A stretch of 53,606 nucleotides of DNA, the filler included, from Bipalium vagum (lineage: Eukaryota): assembly GCA_037834085.1 (NCBI GenBank). It is 3 parts of 3 records of this genome, joined end to end, with 100 filler letters (N's around TTAATTAATTAA, not from the genome) between each part and the next. Parts side by side here need not be neighbours in the genome. Positions count along the whole stretch, not along the records: positions 37,938 to 53,606 come from JBBMKC010153104.1; 2 more parts are not named here. The stretch is one strand, 5' to 3'. Position 1 is the stretch's first letter. Each line of letters begins with the position of its first letter. Positions 38,105 through 51,269 of the stretch are shown here, piece after piece. Made by a program: the position numbers and the translations under genes. The notes beneath the pieces are model-generated. The model worked only from the letters and a program-made list of their open reading frames with translations, was not told the origin of the DNA and searched no databases.

Positions 38105-39964
38105 AATATTATTGTTAATATAATGTTTTGTTATATTTATTTTATTATCAATATTATTTTTATTATTTATTTTTATTTATGATTATGTATTATTTTTTAT
38201 TTATGTATGTATTTATAATATTATTTTTTATATATAATATTATTTTTGAATTATTATTATTATTAATGAAATTTGGTTCCAAAAATAGTCTGAATGAGAT
38301 TGTTTACTCATTCATTCATATTCTAAATCAGACTGTTATGATTTGTCCGTGTATGTCTTTTGAATGATAAAAAAGATAATTATTTTTCAAAAATTCAAGT
38401 GTCATTTCCAAGAACAAAGAGTAAATTTTGTCGTAACATTTTGCTGATTGGACTAAATAATAGTAAAAAGAGCTCACTGAAAATAGTTTGTTCTAATGTT
38501 CATTAATTTTCCGGTTATCGTTGTTCAGAAAAGAAAACAGTGATTTGCAAAGTACTCTTCTCTCACTCTTTCTCTCTCTTTTCTCTCTGCCTAATTTTTC
38601 ATTTTCAATTATTTTCTCTTGTAAAGAAAATGAAAATGAAAACAGTGAAGAAATAATAAAAATCAGTGATTTCATGTAATATCGATTTTGAACTTGGTTT
38701 CGTTTACATTTACTTATCGACCTGTTTTTTTCAATGGGGGGAACTATTAAACAGATTATATAAGATAGAGAGAGCATAATGAAAAGCAGTCAGTTTCTGC
38801 AGTATTGATTGTGCTCATTTCTTGATTTCTACTCTTCTGCTTTTTTATTGAGAAATAAATCAGACTGTCTGAAAATACACATGTGCACAAAGAGAAAATG
38901 AAAGAATGAAGATTGAGACAGAAATAATCAAAGATTGAGAGAAGGACGAGAGAAAACATTAAGAAGGATCACATTTAACACCAGACATTCTTAAGTTTGG
39001 TAAAAATTATTATCATCATTATATTATTATTATTATTATTATTGATTTTTAAAATGTATATAAATTCAACTGATATTCGAGACTGCATTTGAAAACCTAA
39101 TTTTTTTCTCTATACGAAAAATTTCGATAAAAATTTAAAATCGTACTTTAAAAGATTTTTAAAACAAAATTTAAAAAATCAATAAGATTAAAATTTTTCT
39201 CAATTATATTGGCAAAAAATATTTCACATTTTATTGATTTTTTTATTTTAGAATTTAGAATTTAATATTTGAATTGAAACGTGTTCTTTTCATGAAATTG
39301 AATTTTACTAAAGATTATCTGTTAACAATTGTTCAGTTTTCATTGATAATATTGATTTAATTTGTGAAATAGTAATTAAAATTCATAAAATCATTTTATC
39401 GAAATATCGCAAATAATGATTAAAAAGACTGGATTTGGTTTTATAATTGTAATCAATACTGTCATTGGAGACCGGTTTAAATGTTCTTGAGAATTTGAAA
39501 GGGTATGATCATTGCTCCAACTTTATAACTTTAACAGACTAATACGCACGCAAACATAAGAATTATAATTCAAAAACAATGGATTCATTGTTAATGTTAA
39601 TTGATTTTATAAAAACAAAAACAGGTCAAAAGTAAATAAACAACTAGATCTGAGTCTTTTCAACTAAGTGAAGACATTAACAGCTTCATTTTTTCTCCGT
39701 CTATCATTTTAATATTACAGGAAAAACAAAAAAACATGCAACTTACACACTGTCACGAATTATTAGCTTTTCTGTTTGTATATGTTGATTGGATATGGAA
39801 CGGTAATCGATTTTTATATTTCGATGGAGACCTTTCAGAAAATACTTAAATAAATAACATGAGGGGTTCGAAAAATAAATTTATTGATTTTTTTTAAAAA
39901 ATTTATTTCGTTACTCAAAATTAGTTAAAATTTTTTATATTAATTAAAATATTAAAAAGCATAA

Positions 39965-39966
<2 letters not shown>

Positions 39967-40008
<42 letters not shown>
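39967..40008. repeat. (TTA)n microsatellite
   Basis: About 14 units of TTA. Confidence 0.9.
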
Positions 40009-40010
<2 letters not shown>

Positions 40011-40028
40011 ATTATCGGTTTTGATGTA

Positions 40029-40808
40029 CTAGGTCGTCCAATTTTTTTAAATTCAAAAAACTTTATCTACAAAAAGTCAAGATCTTTGGAAAAATCTGAC
40101 TACAAGCTTTTGCAACTTCTGCAACTGCTTTATTATTTAAGAAAAAATCAACTTTTCATCTCAAGTTATAGTTGCTTCCGAAATCTGTCATTTTATGATT
40201 ATATAATAATTCCTGATATAGTTCAACAAGTCATCTGATCTGTGCATCAGTCTAATCACATGGATCAAGCCGAGAATTTTTGAGAATGTAACCACGCTGT
40301 TTCAAGTGGTTATAAATTTTTTGCTTACATGTACCCAGGACTACTGCCACATCACTCTTGCTTGAGTGAGGTTGCTCTTCTAACATATCAAATAGCTCTT
40401 CCTTCTTTACTACAGATGGCCTTCCTGACCTTGGAACGTTGGAACTATTCATCAGAAGTAGACTTGCTTACTTTGCCTTCACCCTCAACACTGTAAATTT
40501 TTGTAACACCTTTCCTGGTGAACAAACTTTTTTTCCAGTAATGGCGTAGAAAGATTTGAATTGCAATTTTTTCATTTGACGTTTCCATAAAAAACGACTA
40601 AGCAAAAACTAAGTATAGTTGTGATTTATAATTTCATTGATTAATATGTATAACACACCGGATGTTGCGTTATTAATAGATATTTGTTGTGCTATCAATA
40701 GGTCCTAATAATATTAATCCTTACAGTGATCGAGATTTATAATTTTAAAAAGTTATTTGTTTTATTATTTATTTTTTATACTGTCCGGAAACCTCTTGGA
40801 CAACCTAG
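40029..40808 (-). mobile_element. Internally deleted mariner element
   Basis: TIRs CTAGGTCGTCCAA / TTGGACAACCTAG flanked by TA. PRSGRPSVV...EEQPHSS...IYNHLKQRG mariner HTH2 region. Confidence 0.85.
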
Positions 40809-41229
40809 TAATTAGACATTAAATTTGATCACATTATTAAATCTATTTTCAGTATGGCTTTATAATCATTGGGTTAGATATTGATGTCTAATAAAAATCT
40901 TTGAAATCAATAATAAAGAATCAATAAATTTCGTATGACATTTATACAATTTAGTATTTAAAAAAACAATAATCTTTTCAAATCTGGAAACTTATAATGT
41001 ATCATTCTGAATTTGTTTTTGGAATTTCACACATACCTGCTGTACCGGATTCCAAATTGTCCTTATTTTTCTTAATTTTTGACATGGAATTGTCAACGTT
41101 ACATTTCATGCATCAGACTTTTATTTTTGTTCCGTTTTCAATTTCCTGAAGGATATCGATATTCTATAGGATTGTAAGAGACTTTCTCATATTACATTTT
41201 TTTTAATAAATTTTAATATTAAAGCAACT

Positions 41230-41372
41230 GGACGAATTAAATCTGACAATTCCGTCACATAACAAGTTAAATCTCACAACCCTTTTTACAACCAGCTAAA
41301 TCTGACAACCCCGATAAATAACCAATTTTATCTCACAACCCAAAATTTTTGGACAAATTAACACAACACTGA
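41230..41372 (+). repeat. Left subterminal ~30-bp tandem array of the Merlin element
   Basis: AATCT(G/C)ACAA units at about 41240, 41270, 41299 and 41329. Confidence 0.9.
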
Positions 41373-42160
41373 AATATTAATATTTCATAAAAAAATAAAT
41401 TAAACCAGAGATTTATTACATTTTAACAATATTTCATTAAATGAATTTTCTTTGAACAAGACTAAGAACAAAAATTCATTAATAAAATCTTCTCTTTTGT
41501 CTTCATCGATTCCTTGACGATCTTTTATTTTCCTTTTTAACTTATTATTGTAGCTTTCTACATTTTGCGTATGGACGTCAGTATCTGGATCAACAAAATT
41601 TCGGAGTATCCTCTCGCAGGTTTAAAAGAAGTGTCAACAATGGTTAAAACCTAAGTTGGTGCAATTGGCTTTCTTTCTCTGTGAGCTTTGACATTTTGAT
41701 GTATTTTTGTTTTATCACATTGCACTGTCTGACCAGCGCCACCTAATCTTATGGGATTTGTTATCCAATATTCTTTGACCTGTGAAATTAAAAATTTTCT
41801 AAGTGATGTTGACTGGGGCTGATAACTTGCATTCTTGTTATTATTACCTTTATAAGTATTTTTATATTGATTTTAAATCCCGAAATCCAAGAACCTGTTC
41901 TTATACTTATACTGGACTTATATTTTCTACAGGTATTGTTGTCGCATCTCCATACAAAACCATTTGATGTCACTTTAACACTCTTTATTGACATTGTCAA
42001 TTTGGAGTCAGCACAGATTTGTTCAAATTGAATCAATTTTTTTCTTCTTAGCCAATCAAACAAATCAAGATTTCTGAAAACTGCTAATTTATCTAAAAAT
42101 GATGGATCAATTTTCCTTATTATTTGACTATTACTAGTATCTTTAACTATTTATAGTTCC

Positions 42161-42330
42161 ATTAAATCTGACAACCCCTTTTTACAACCATCTAAATCTC
42201 ACAACCCCGATAAATAACCAATTTAATCTGACAACCCCGTAATACAATCAATTTAATCTCATAACCGCGTTATACAACCAATTTAATCTGACAACCCCGT
42301 CACACAACCAATTAAATATCACAACACTGA
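42161..42330 (+). repeat. Right subterminal 30-bp tandem array of the Merlin element
   Basis: Units at 42165, 42195, 42225, 42255, 42285 and 42315, in the same orientation as the left array. Confidence 0.92.
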
Positions 42331-42494
42331 GGTTGTCAGATTTAATTCGTCCAAACAACTTAAAACAATAATTAATATTAATTAATTAACAGTATTACAA
42401 TTACACTTTAAAAAAACTCAAAAATTTCATACATTAATAAAAGTGAGAATGAAGTAGAAATTCAGATTCAAGTTCATTTTCTCTTATTTTCCAG

Positions 42495-42898
42495 TGTTTC
42501 CGATTTTGAAGGTTGCAATCGGTTGCATATTTTTGATTTCCTCAACATCAAGCTTTACCATGGTTGGCTGATGGATCCCGGATCGACTCCGAATTATGAA
42601 CAATTGAAAAATTACAGTTACGATCAGGCAGCAGAAGACGTTGTGCAAGACAATGACACTTTATCTTTTGAAGCCAGTAAGAATGATTGTGGTTTATTGT
42701 TATTATTATTATTTTCTGAGATATGATTTTTACACAAAATTGTTTTTAGAAGCCTATCTGAGAGATTTTCTCAATTCCAACCAATTAACGTATCCGGGAC
42801 TTTGTCAGCTGAATGAAACGATGAAAGAGAAAGAGTTGGCAATATTGTTTCACAACAACCATTTCAGTGTCATATATAAAATGGTTAGAATCAATCGA

Positions 42899-42973
<75 letters not shown>

Positions 42974-43537
42974 CATTCAATTGTCAATCAGTTTCAAATA
43001 ATTTAGATTAATTATTTTATTCTTTATCAATATATTTTTTTTATCGATTTTATTACATTTTTTTATTTAATCATCATTATTTTGTGTCCACAGAAATTTG
43101 TTTATTTGTTGTCCACCGATATTGGTTACAGTTTCGAACCTGGCACTGTATGGCAGTGTCTGAATAGCGTAACGGGTGATACGGAACCCGTTGATGAAGA
43201 ATTTAAACCCGCTCAAAGCAATTACAACAAAATCGTTCACGATCCAGAGTAATTTTGGAATTTCAATAAAATTTTACACAATTTAATGGATTTATTGATT
43301 TTTTTAATCTTTTCTTTAAGCTTGGAGTTAGCAAAAAAATTGGCCATCGACGACGATTATAATTTGGCTTTGGTTTTGCAAGAGAAAGAAAACGAAGAAA
43401 TTATCAACCAAACCACCAGACACGAGGAACTAATGAGCAGATCAATACAGAGGGACAACGAAGAAGCGAGAGCGAATGTTAGAAAGAGCACAACTCGCGA
43501 TAAATGCTTAAACAGCGAACGTCAAAAGGCCGAAATG
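42495..43537 (+). CDS. MINDY1/2 (FAM63)-like K48 deubiquitinase, 5'-partial; exons 42495-42676, 42750-42883, 43094-43248, 43321-43537; last exon uncertain (possibly 46251-46262)
   Basis: VSDFE....IFDFLNIKLYHGWLMDP, QLTYPGLCQL...ELAILFHNNHFS (catalytic His), YLLSTDIGY....VWQCL..VTGDT, and MIU-like DDDYNLALVLQEKE. GT-AG junctions keep the frame. Confidence 0.9.
42899..42973. repeat. (TAT)25 microsatellite in a MINDY intron
   Basis: Perfect run; it explains the poly-Tyr and poly-Ile ORFs. Confidence 0.97.
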
Positions 43538-43749
43538 GTAATTATTACTTAATTATATTTGTTTTTTGATGAGCGAGAGATGGAGATCACCTTTGCCATT
43601 GATAATACAGCCAACCTCTAATTAACATCCAGAAACGGAAATTAGAGTAAGCTGTTACATAATTCAGGCTTATACACACCAGTTCAAACGTCAAAGTTCA
43701 TATGAAAAAAATCATAATTTTTCTAAAGAAACCATCGAAAAACATAATT

Positions 43750-44300
43750 ACTTTTAGTTAACAAATTTATCCTATAGAAAATTTTTCTTAATAATTTTTT
43801 AACAATGCTTTAAGAATTTTGATAACAGTAGTGATCACAAAACACAGAAAAAATTCTTTCATCGATATGACCTGCTCTTTTTTGATGATCTCCCACACAT
43901 GTTCATCAGTTTATTGAATCACATTAATAATTGGTTCGATTTTGTTCCGGGCTTCATGTAATAGACCCCAAAATTGAGATTCTGAGGTTTGGTATTTCAA
44001 TTTGACATGACTATCAAGTTTCTCCCACAATTTCTCTATTGAATTATAGATTAAGGGAGTGTTCTGGCCATTTCATGTTCATGTTCTTTTAGATTCAAAT
44101 AGATTTTGCACAATTTCAATCTTTGTTTTGCATCATTATCTTATTGGAAAATAATATTTTGCTCAATTAAACCTAGTCTACCTGGAACAGAACATCCAAT
44201 AAATTTCAAACTTTACTGTTTCCAAAACAAACAAATATCCAGACTGTCTTCTTATTTTAGTAGATCAAATCTTTCTTTTGATTTAAGACTACCTGTAGAT
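43750..44300 (-). mobile_element. Tc1-like transposase remnants
   Basis: IIFQ*DNDAK (FQQDNDPKH-like), followed by WPEHSLNL and EHVWEIIKK (SPDLNPIEHVW-like) fragments. Confidence 0.65.
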
Positions 44301-45299
44301 GAATGTCTTTCGCCTGTCTTCTGCACAGCATCTTTTGAAACCATTTCCTTTGCAATGTGATGAACAGTATCTCCAATTTTTATAATGTATGTAATGATAG
44401 CATTAAGTTTTTTGTTAGCTGTAATTGTAAAATCTATTTATAAATGTATCGATTTCTAATTGATTTTTTAATAAACGATGTTTTTTAATTTGAAATTACA
44501 AATAAATTTTATCTAAAGCATTGTTATCTAGTATTCTCTGTTTCGAGGCGGATGTAAAATTTCTGACTTTTTAAACCTTTCAATGATTATTGATAACTTT
44601 TTATCATAATTTTCGTCTTCTGATTCTAAATCTTTTACAAAATTAATTTCTTCTCTATAGCTTTTTTCTATATTCATTAATATCGAAGCGTAAAATTTTA
44701 AATATCCAGATACTGATATGATTAGATCATTTATTTACTCAGCTATGGTATTGATGTCATTCTCCCTGGTTTCTTGAATCTCTCTTCTTTCTGATATTAA
44801 TTTTATGTGGACCCAACAATTTCGTATCGCTGAAGTTGTCACATCCAAGATAAATAATGTCATTTTTAATCTTTTAAAGTTGCCTGACGATGACTCGTTT
44901 TCGTGCATTTGAATAATAAATATTTTCCGTTCTGTGCTTTGAATAAACGGCTTATTGCCCCATTCAGCAACTGTGCAATTCCTGTTAAATTCGGAGGCAA
45001 TTAAAGTATTTTAACGGTTTCAGTATGACTTATTTTGCGTTCTGGGGCGTTATCAATAAGAAGAATCATTTGTTGTTTCTTTTTCTTCATTTTCATATCA
45101 AATCATCTCTAAACTTTTTGAATCCCTCTTACTTTACTATTATAATTATAATATACAAAAGCATTATGATTACATTTTTAAAATGTTCTTGGCTGTTATC
45201 TTTCCTATTATTGTTAATTTTCTTTTATCAGATCCACTTGGTGTACAGTGTAACATTATTATTCCAAAAATTTCTTTTTTGTAACCTTTTATCGTAAGA

Positions 45300-45510
45300 T
45301 CGAAAATTTTCCTTCTTGAGGCTGCACGGAAATATAAAACTTGTTTCATTTATGTTGTACGTATCATACAATGAATAATTCAGAAGTTTATTGAAAATTT
45401 TATTTCTCTATTTTTCGGCGGTCACTCTTACAGGCATATGAGAATTTAAATTGTATCGTTTTTTGAACTTTTCTACCCATTTATTACTTGATTTAAAATT
45501 CTTGAATTTT
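45300..45510 (-). mobile_element. pogo/Tigger transposase fragment
   Basis: NFKSSNKWVEKFKKRYNL...YSLYDTYNINETSF (cf. FKASNGWLEKFKKRH...IYNADETG). Confidence 0.7.
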
Positions 45511-48099
45511 AAAAAATCAATAAAATCATTTTTCAGTCAATAATGTTATTTTTATATTAAAAAATCGATTTTTAATGGAAGTAACTGAGACATTTTATTT
45601 TTTTAAAAAGGTTTTAAAGCGAATATAAAAAAAGCAATAATTTTTTTGTTAATATTATATTTTTTTGATTTCATTATTTATCATCTTTATTTTGTGTTCG
45701 TTCCGTGGGTTTTAACAATAAATTTTCAAAATCACACAACAAATAAGCACATAGCCACATGTAAGTCAGACACACTCCCACATACACATTAAAAAAATAA
45801 AAATATAACACGTACAGATTTTTCAAATAAATTCATGTAGTAACAGATATAAATGTTTAAAATAAATGAAATCAAAGGGCTTGAAATAAGGACTAAATCT
45901 AGAGTTGTTTTGATCAGGTAAAGAAAGCAAGCGAAAAAAATACATCGATTATTTCATTAATTATGTATGTGTGGGTTATTGAAATACCGATAAAAATCAA
46001 TATCATATACAAACATTTTTATTAACTTTTAAAATATTATTATTATATAAAAATTAATATCATTATTATTTTATTTTATTATTATCTTTAACATATGAAA
46101 AGGATAAATTATTATAAGACCAGAAAGTTATTGGTTTGATTAAACGTTTTACAATTTTAAACTTTGCTAACTTTTTAAAAATATTTTTTTAATATTACAA
46201 TTTCAATTATTATTTAAAAATTAAAAATTCCCATTTAACATTTTTTCCAGAGAAATTACTAGTACATAAGCCCGAATTCTGAGGTCCAAAGAGCGTGGTA
46301 AAAAAGACAATAATGATCACTTAATAAATTATTAATATCACTCTTACTTCATAAACAACTTTCCTACGACTGTGTTTAACAATAACTTTTTATTTAACAA
46401 GAAAAATAAAATTTACCGATTAAAGAAAGCACCGTATTATTTTTTGCAATTGTTGAGTGAAAATCTAATTAGTTAAGGCTTTTTTATATTATAAATTTTA
46501 GTGTATGTTAAGGATTATGATTAGACAGTTCTATTGTAAATCATGGCGTTTTTACTTTAAATAAATGTTACCAAAACTAATTTGAACTTTCAGAGAAATT
46601 TAAACATTGAACTGTTTTAATATAAAAATCAATTTTTCTATTTTCAAACCTTAGTTAAGTAATCTAAATTAGACATAGCTGTTAATACTTATAATAATAA
46701 AAATAAATTAGTACATAATAAAAAGCTTATTATTTTTATTCTAAATTTGGGTTTTTAAAATTATATGGAAATTAAAATTCAATGCATATCACTGATAATT
46801 ATTATCAAATATTCTTAGAATTCCATTAATATATTTTTTATATTTATTAATGATCTAAACATCATTTTATAAATTTATCTTACAAGATATGCATAATTAA
46901 TTTATTCAATATATGTATTTAAAATTAAAAATTCCCATTGTCTGTTTATTCATATTCATTTATTTATTTTAAAATTTATTGATTATTGAAATTTTAATAT
47001 TTTTCTGATTTAATTAAAATATAATTATTTAATTATTGATTTTTAAATGCAAATTGTTACATACCTCATTATTTTAAATTACTTATAAATAATATTTAAT
47101 ATTTTTCTAGTGTACCTTTGTTTGATATGCTGCCTGTTTTCAGACCATCTTCTCTTTATCAGTCAGATTTTGTTATTTTAAAAATACTAAACGCGCTCAT
47201 TTTCTTTGTTTATTGATTATTATTATCAAGTTATTCTGTTGTATATCTAAGACAGTTGTGTATTTTACGTCGATGCAACACTTTATTGAGTGTTGTATTT
47301 TACTCTAATTATTTTATAATAAATGGATAACATGTGAAGACAGGTAAAAATTTATATATCACAATCTTTTTTGCGGTATCGAACTGAAAATGGATTTGTT
47401 ATTTTTCTTAATTTTTATTTCAAGGTGAGGTACAATAAAAAACTGGAACAGGGATGTTTTACTATTATAAATTAAAAGATTATTGATTTTCATAACTTAG
47501 AATTTGATTGAATATTAAGATTTTGGGGAATTTTTCGTATCTGACATTAAAATTAGAGGTAAAACAATCAATAATTTCAATAACTTTGCACACAAGAGTT
47601 ATTAATAGTAAAATTAATTTTAAAAGATTTGTCTTAAAGGTAAATGTTAAATTTGTGGTGTTGAAACCGAATCGCACAACTCGTATTATCTCAACCTGCA
47701 ACAAACCGGTTTCTAATAACCAGAGAGTACGACCTAAAATTGGCATGTTTTATGTCTGGCGCTCATTGTAAATTTTTAAATTAGTTATAATGATGAATTA
47801 AAATACGAAACATAAATTAGATAGGTAGTCTAAAATAAATTACTTTTAATTCATGTGCTTAACAAAAATTACATAAAATCATCACGTTTTCTTTAATAAA
47901 TTTCACCGGCCTAAGAATTTTGCCGAAAAATATACATTATTCGATAATATCTAACAGGTAATTCGATATTATTAAGAATAAAATACTTACCTAAAAATAG
48001 ATATCTGAACATTAAAAAAAATAATTTATTTTATATTGTCCTATAGTTTAGAAAATCTAAAAATATTTTAGATTATCATTTGATAGATAACTGGAAGTC

Positions 48100-48830
48100 T
48101 ATCTTCGCAGACGTATCCATGATGTAATTGGACAAATGAAAAAAAAGAATTTTTAAAAACATTTCAACTGGAAAACCGTGTCTCGTGTAACGATCTGTTG
48201 GATCATCAAACGATTTGATGATGGTATTCCATATGCAAATATGGCAAAAAAGGTCGTCTATATAAATTAAGCAATAATTGAAAGATTGTAAGAGAAAAAT
48301 AAATGGTGATATTCAAGATTGCTCGTTTCAGAATTTAATATCTCGTCATCTTAAACTTATCGATATATTAAAAATTAGATTTAAAATATTACAAGAGATA
48401 AAAAACACCAAAGTACAATTAACTCCAGCTCAAGCAATGTCTACAAAGAGTAGAAATAAAGTTTTAAAAAGATAATCAAGCAAAAAATATTCATCGAGAA
48501 GGAAAAAAGATATTTCACATTTTATCTGATAATATTGCTGAAAATTAAGAATTTTATTCATGAGACAAACAAAGTAATACAAAAGATGTAAATTTTAAAA
48601 GTAAAGAGAAGTTTACACCAAAAGTTTTCTTAAAGGCTGACTATACTCAGCACTATATTTCATCACCATTTATTTGAAAACCAAAGGTTAATGAAGATGT
48701 ATATCGTCAAAAATTCTTAACAAAATTATTGCAGTTTCTCAAAGTTTACCATTATATTTTTTGCCAGACCTTGCCAAATGCTCATTATTGAAAAATGACA
48801 GAAAATTGGCTAGATCAATACAAGATATCT
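48100..48830 (+). mobile_element. Second, highly degraded DD37E-type transposase
   Basis: KEKFTPKV and PDLAK(C)HY motifs, matching the family at 20511-21656. Confidence 0.55.
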
Positions 48831-48936
48831 TGATTTTTTTTCTCATTTACAGTGCACCACAAATTAATTGCCACACTTACAAAAATGACATTTTACTTTT
48901 GTGCAAAGATTTCTAAATATTTACACACTGTATCTA

Positions 48937-49182
48937 TTAGTGTTTTAATGCAAATGTAAAAATAATAGAAATAATTTCTGATCTTTGTGTATTTTTCGGT
49001 CTACGACCACTTTTACTTAAGTTTCTCAATGTTCCATGTTGTTGCAGCTTACGCATCATATGTTGAGTAGCATTCCTTGAAATATTCAGTTCATTTGAAA
49101 TGTTCCTGTGGGACAAACCCTCTTTCAATTCCTTAATCTCCAGTTTCCGAATATCTATGGATATCTTTGGGATATTTAACAA
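48937..49182 (-). mobile_element. Tc1 N-terminal paired-like HTH fragment
   Basis: GLSHRNISNELNISRNATQHMMRKLQQHGTLRNLSKSGRRPK (GRP motif). Confidence 0.75.
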
Positions 49183-49919
49183 AAGAATTTCTAAAATTAA
49201 AAAAATATATTACTTAATCATTAGCAAAATGTTGTACATATAGATTTTACTTAAAAATTTAATTTATTCTTAAAATAGTTTATATATTTAAATGACATCA
49301 AAATTTACAAAGCGCCTTAACATAACAAATATATTTTAATAATTATACAATAATTTTTTAATAAGTTTTAAAGCTAACATAAACATATTTCTAAATTAAC
49401 ATAGTTCAAATCATATAACTTTTAATATAATTATTTTGATATTTACAGGGTGGCCCAAAACATATGGACGGCATTGTATAATTAAGTTTGATTTATTATA
49501 TCTTCTTATTTTTATATCATTATAAAGTTTCATTTAATGAAATTAAAATTATAACCTTTTATATTTATGTTATTTATATTAAAATTCTTTAATTTAAACT
49601 AATTTTATTTAATAATTTTTTCTAACTTGATTCGTATATTTATTAAATTGACAACATCACTGTCATTTTTTGTATATGCTACATTTATTTTTTTATTATC
49701 ATATTTATATTTCATATCATAGCATCACCACTAACATTTAAAAATTAATTTTCAGATTCAAAGTGAATCTTATTTGTAGTATTCAACTACTCATTTTGAA
49801 TAAAAGTATCATTTTATTCTTATAATAATAATTTCTGCTTTTTTATTATTTTTATTTTTATAATTATCATAAAAATAATGAGTTTTAAAATAGGTAAAAT
49901 TATTTTCCATTTTTAAAAT

Positions 49920-50070
49920 ATTTTATTAACCCTTTATATAATATATAAAGTTATTTTTCCACAATATTTTAAAATCGTTTTACTTTGAAAATGTATTTTA
50001 TCATACTCTTTAACAAAAGGTTCTAATTTATCAAGGGAATGTAAATCATAAGAATCGATATAGTATCATA
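49920..50070 (-). mobile_element. Polinton-type adenain-like cysteine protease fragment
   Basis: YYIDSYDL...FQSKTILKYCGK resembles the YFDSYG...Q-x6-CG signature. Confidence 0.5.
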
Positions 50071-50519
50071 TTTCTTCATGAGATTGTAAGCCACCAGGAT
50101 TGCAGATATTCCTTCGGCTTTAAAAACATTGGAAAATACTAAAAATATTGTTCAAGAAATTATAAAAGTCTTTAACGAAGAATCAAAAGGCAAAAATATA
50201 AAGTACACTATTCTGAAGCAAATATCAAAAGAAATGTGAAAAAATTACTAAAAGAAAAAGACATTTTAGTGATTATTTGAGACATTTTGTGATTGTTTGG
50301 TTATTGTTATTTTAGCAATAAAGTGTTGTTCGTAGTTATCTTGATTCATTCATTTGCGACACGTATTGACAAAAGTGAAGAGGTCAGTAAACTTTGCGAG
50401 CTAAGTGTTACGACGGTGTTCATAGTACATAATAGTGTAACAATATCATTGTTAATTATTATTATTATAATAGTTGTTATTATTATTATTATTAATTTTA
50501 TTAATTTTATTAATTTTAG

Positions 50520-51230
50520 ACCCCAATAATTTTAAAATTCAGTAACTTTTCTTAGATTATTTTAAAATATTGTATCACATGCATCTGTTATAGATTGTCT
50601 TGTTTTTTTTAAAGGTACAACAAAAGCAAAACAAGTATATATAAACTAATTACTGTTAAAATTATTTTATAATCTCTTTCTCCGGGAACAAAAGTTAAAT
50701 CTGCTGATCAAATATCATCTTTAGTAAAAACGTTAACTGTAATATACGACTAGGTTTTCTGAATTCTTTAAGAAGTTCATTTGCTAATTTTTTTGATTCT
50801 AAGCCAAAAGTTATCTTACTCTTCATAATTAATTTTACAATAGCCCTTTCAAGTTTCTCTCTTTTGATTGGATTTTGAATATTGTTCATTTCATGTATTA
50901 TTTCAATAGCAGGTACATGCCTCTCTTTTAAATCTGTTGACATATATTTTACACTTCCTTGCTGCTTGATCAACTCTATTTATTGAAATTGAATCAGGTT
51001 TTGGAATTGGGAGAATTGATAAATCTTGATTGTTTTTAAGATTTTCTAATATTTCTTCAGTTTTCTAAACGTTTATCAACATGAGTTCCAGGTCCAGTAA
51101 AATTGTGAACTGGGTTATTTTTATTTAAAGGATTTAAAGATTTTAAATGTAATTCACCTGGGTATTTTCCAGTTGTAAATTAGTTAAGAAATTTATTATT
51201 TGTAATTTGTGATTGGATGTCTCCTCCTGT
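50520..51230 (-). mobile_element. Polinton/Maverick remnant: PLA2-like (parvovirus VP1u-type) ORF followed directly by the integrase N-terminus
   Basis: YPGELHL...HNFTGPGTHVDKRL, VDQAARK, DLKERH...REKLERAIVKLIMKSKITFGL, then KKLANELLKEFRK...DDI*SADL...YKIILTVI...VVPLKK. Confidence 0.8.
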
Positions 51231-51269
51231 TTTTATAAAAAAGATGGAAATCTTTCTTGAATGTTTTCA

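Larger units (their letters stand above)
41230..42352 (-). mobile_element. Merlin (IS1016/ISXO2-like) DNA transposon, internally deleted, both ends intact
   Basis: Perfect 20-bp TIRs GGACGAATTAAATCTGACAA / TTGTCAGATTTAATTCGTCC and an 8-bp TSD AAGCAACT/AAACAACT (one mismatch). Transposase pieces: zinc ribbon WRC...C..SISIRTGSW, LGGAGQTVQCD, DPDTDVHTQNVES. Confidence 0.93.

Noticed and set aside
38128-38367. Hydrophobic Y/F/L-rich ORF resembling a membrane or mitochondrial protein
   Set aside because: Low-complexity T/A-rich DNA with no conserved motif.
42161-42330. CRISPR-like regularly spaced repeats
   Set aside because: The period is 30 bp with only a few variable bases and no unique spacers. 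There are no cas genes, the context is eukaryotic, and the array lies inside Merlin TIRs.
42785-43006. Poly-Tyr / poly-Ile ORFs
   Set aside because: Intronic TAT microsatellite; the true exon ends at 42883.
47100-47430. Possible exons of another gene (splice-like signals)
   Set aside because: No convincing open frame or recognisable protein.
50700-50715. TGA at conserved Trp positions in TE remnants, suggesting an alternative genetic code
   Set aside because: Host genes use TGG for Trp and TGA as stop; single G-to-A decay in dead elements explains it.
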